DNA of 63,645 nucleotides, counting the filler, from Atractiella rhizophila (lineage: Eukaryota), in the NCBI GenBank assembly GCA_021432655.1. It is 3 parts of 3 records of this genome, joined end to end, with 100 filler letters (N's around TTAATTAATTAA, not from the genome) between each part and the next. Parts side by side here need not be neighbours in the genome. Positions count along the whole stretch, not along the records: positions 46,646 to 63,645 come from MU271347.1; 2 more parts are not named here. One strand, given 5' to 3'. A model generated the notes under the pieces. That model ran no database searches. It saw only the letters and a program-made list of their open reading frames with translations, and had not been told where the DNA came from. Positions 62,163 through 63,645 of this stretch are shown here, piece by piece. The position numbers and the translations under genes were made by a program. The number at the start of each line of letters is the position of its first letter. The first letter of the stretch is position 1.

Positions 62163-63645
62163 ATGCGATTAACGATCCTCACGACTCTGCTATTTGCGCT
62201 CGCGGTAGCGAAGAAGGCACCTTATGATGATTGGTCAAACCAAAAATTGACGGTTTGGCTGAAAGACCATCACGTCCCCATTCCTTCTGGAGATCTGAAT
62301 AAGGAACAACTCAAAGAGTTGGTGAGGGAGAATTACGATTCTGCCTATGTAAGCTTGTTTTTCTGACTGCAACGAGGAAATTTGATTTGGATGTTCTTTT
62401 CCAAGGACAAATGGAGTGATGCCGACTTCAAGAATTTTTGGATCGGCAAAACTGGGGAATGGTCTGATTCAACTCAACAGTCAAAGGATGATATGGTGAA
62501 GGGTATGAGGAGAGCATACGCTGGAAGCTGGGAGAAGTGGGACGAGCCCGAGATGAAGGTGCGTTCTTCCGTTCATTTACCGTCTAGATGGAGGGTTTCT
62601 GAGACGGTTGCTATTGAAGGGATGGCTTCAGGATCATGGAATCATTACTCCTCCCAAAACGACGAAGCAGCAACTGAAATCGTACATGGAAGCGCTGAAC
62701 CCGCTCGCGTCGGGAGAGCAACACCCACAATATTTCTTCGCCTTGCGTCCCTCCACACCATCGGTTCAAGACCGCCTTATCAACACCTGGGAAGACTCTC
62801 AATTGCGCTCATACCTGGATGAGAAGGGCGTGCAAGCTGGGAAAACGAGGGATGAGATGGTAGCAAAGGTCAAGCTGGAGATGGATAAGGCGGAGAAAGA
62901 AAGGAAAAGCTGGGGACACTCTATCGAGAAGAGCTGGTATGCTGCTACCGATGGAGTTAGGAGGAGCTGGGATTTTGTTACTCAGAAATTCGATGACGGG
63001 AAGGATTATGTGTGGAGTACCTGGGACGAGTCGACTACTAGGTTCGAATTTGTTCCCCCAAGCCTCCTCAATTGTGCTGACGGAGTGATCCTTTCTTAGG
63101 GAATGGCTTAACATTCACGCTCCTGAGGCTTTGAAGCCCGCGCCGAAAGACACGAAGAAGGACCTTGTTGAGAAGATGAAGATTGCGTACAATGAGCAGT
63201 CGAACAACGTCTACGATACGTGGTCTGATTCCTACCTGGTTTGTAGTTAACTTCTCTCGGTCAAGCAGACTTTGACAAGGTTCGATAGCGTAAATGGCTA
63301 CAAGATCACGGGGTCGTAAAATCGAAGACTGCTACTACTCGCGATGAGCTTCTGGATCTGATGAGCCGGTAAAAATGTCTCCCACGTTCGCATGAGGTTG
63401 TGTTCAATCCGAAGCTACAGAAACTACTACTCAGCACGCGATACTACTTACTCTTTCTGGTCCGATAGCCAGATCCGTCATTGGCTTCAGTCTCGCGGTT
63501 TGTTAGGAGAAGATCCAAAGACGCATCAAGAGTGCGTCTGTCTTCCCCACCTTTCCTACGCAACAACTGATGTGATTGACGAAGAAGACTGTTGGACATG
63601 ATCTCTGATAAATACTACGAGCTGCGAGACCCTGCTTATGCTGCT
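62163..63645 (+). CDS. Ish1/Msc1-family stress-responsive nuclear envelope/ER protein (runs off the right edge)
   Basis: Signal peptide and repeated W(S/E)DS.LR.(W/Y)L..G units. Confidence 0.8.

Overview
Eukaryotic, intron-rich fungal scaffold. Gene families and GT(A/T/G/C)CGT-type donors suggest a basidiomycete, possibly Pucciniomycotina (inference). It has six N-gaps, two containing an artificial TTAATTAATTAA linker. About 20 spliced protein genes were reconstructed by hand: SPC3, a CRAL-TRIO lipid-transfer protein, FMP27/BLTP2, a D-2-hydroxyacid dehydrogenase, two peroxisomal enoyl-CoA isomerase paralogs, an F-box protein, an ING/YNG2-like PHD protein, ALG7, a P450, ubinuclein/HPC2, La, a SET methyltransferase, an FAD oxidase, KIN4- and SRPK-like kinases, two 3-beta-HSD-like paralogs and an Ish1/Msc1-like protein. 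There is also an intron-containing tRNA-Thr(UGU) and a Ty1/copia retrotransposon. The main unexplained signal is a bimodal intron pattern. Most introns are about 45-80 nt, but at least eight are 200-1170 nt and rich in inverted repeats. One (in ALG7) contains a clear snR66-type box C/D snoRNA. Another has stayed long at the same position in both isomerase paralogs. This suggests an unannotated layer of intron-hosted or splicing-regulatory RNAs. All exon boundaries were read manually and are unvalidated.
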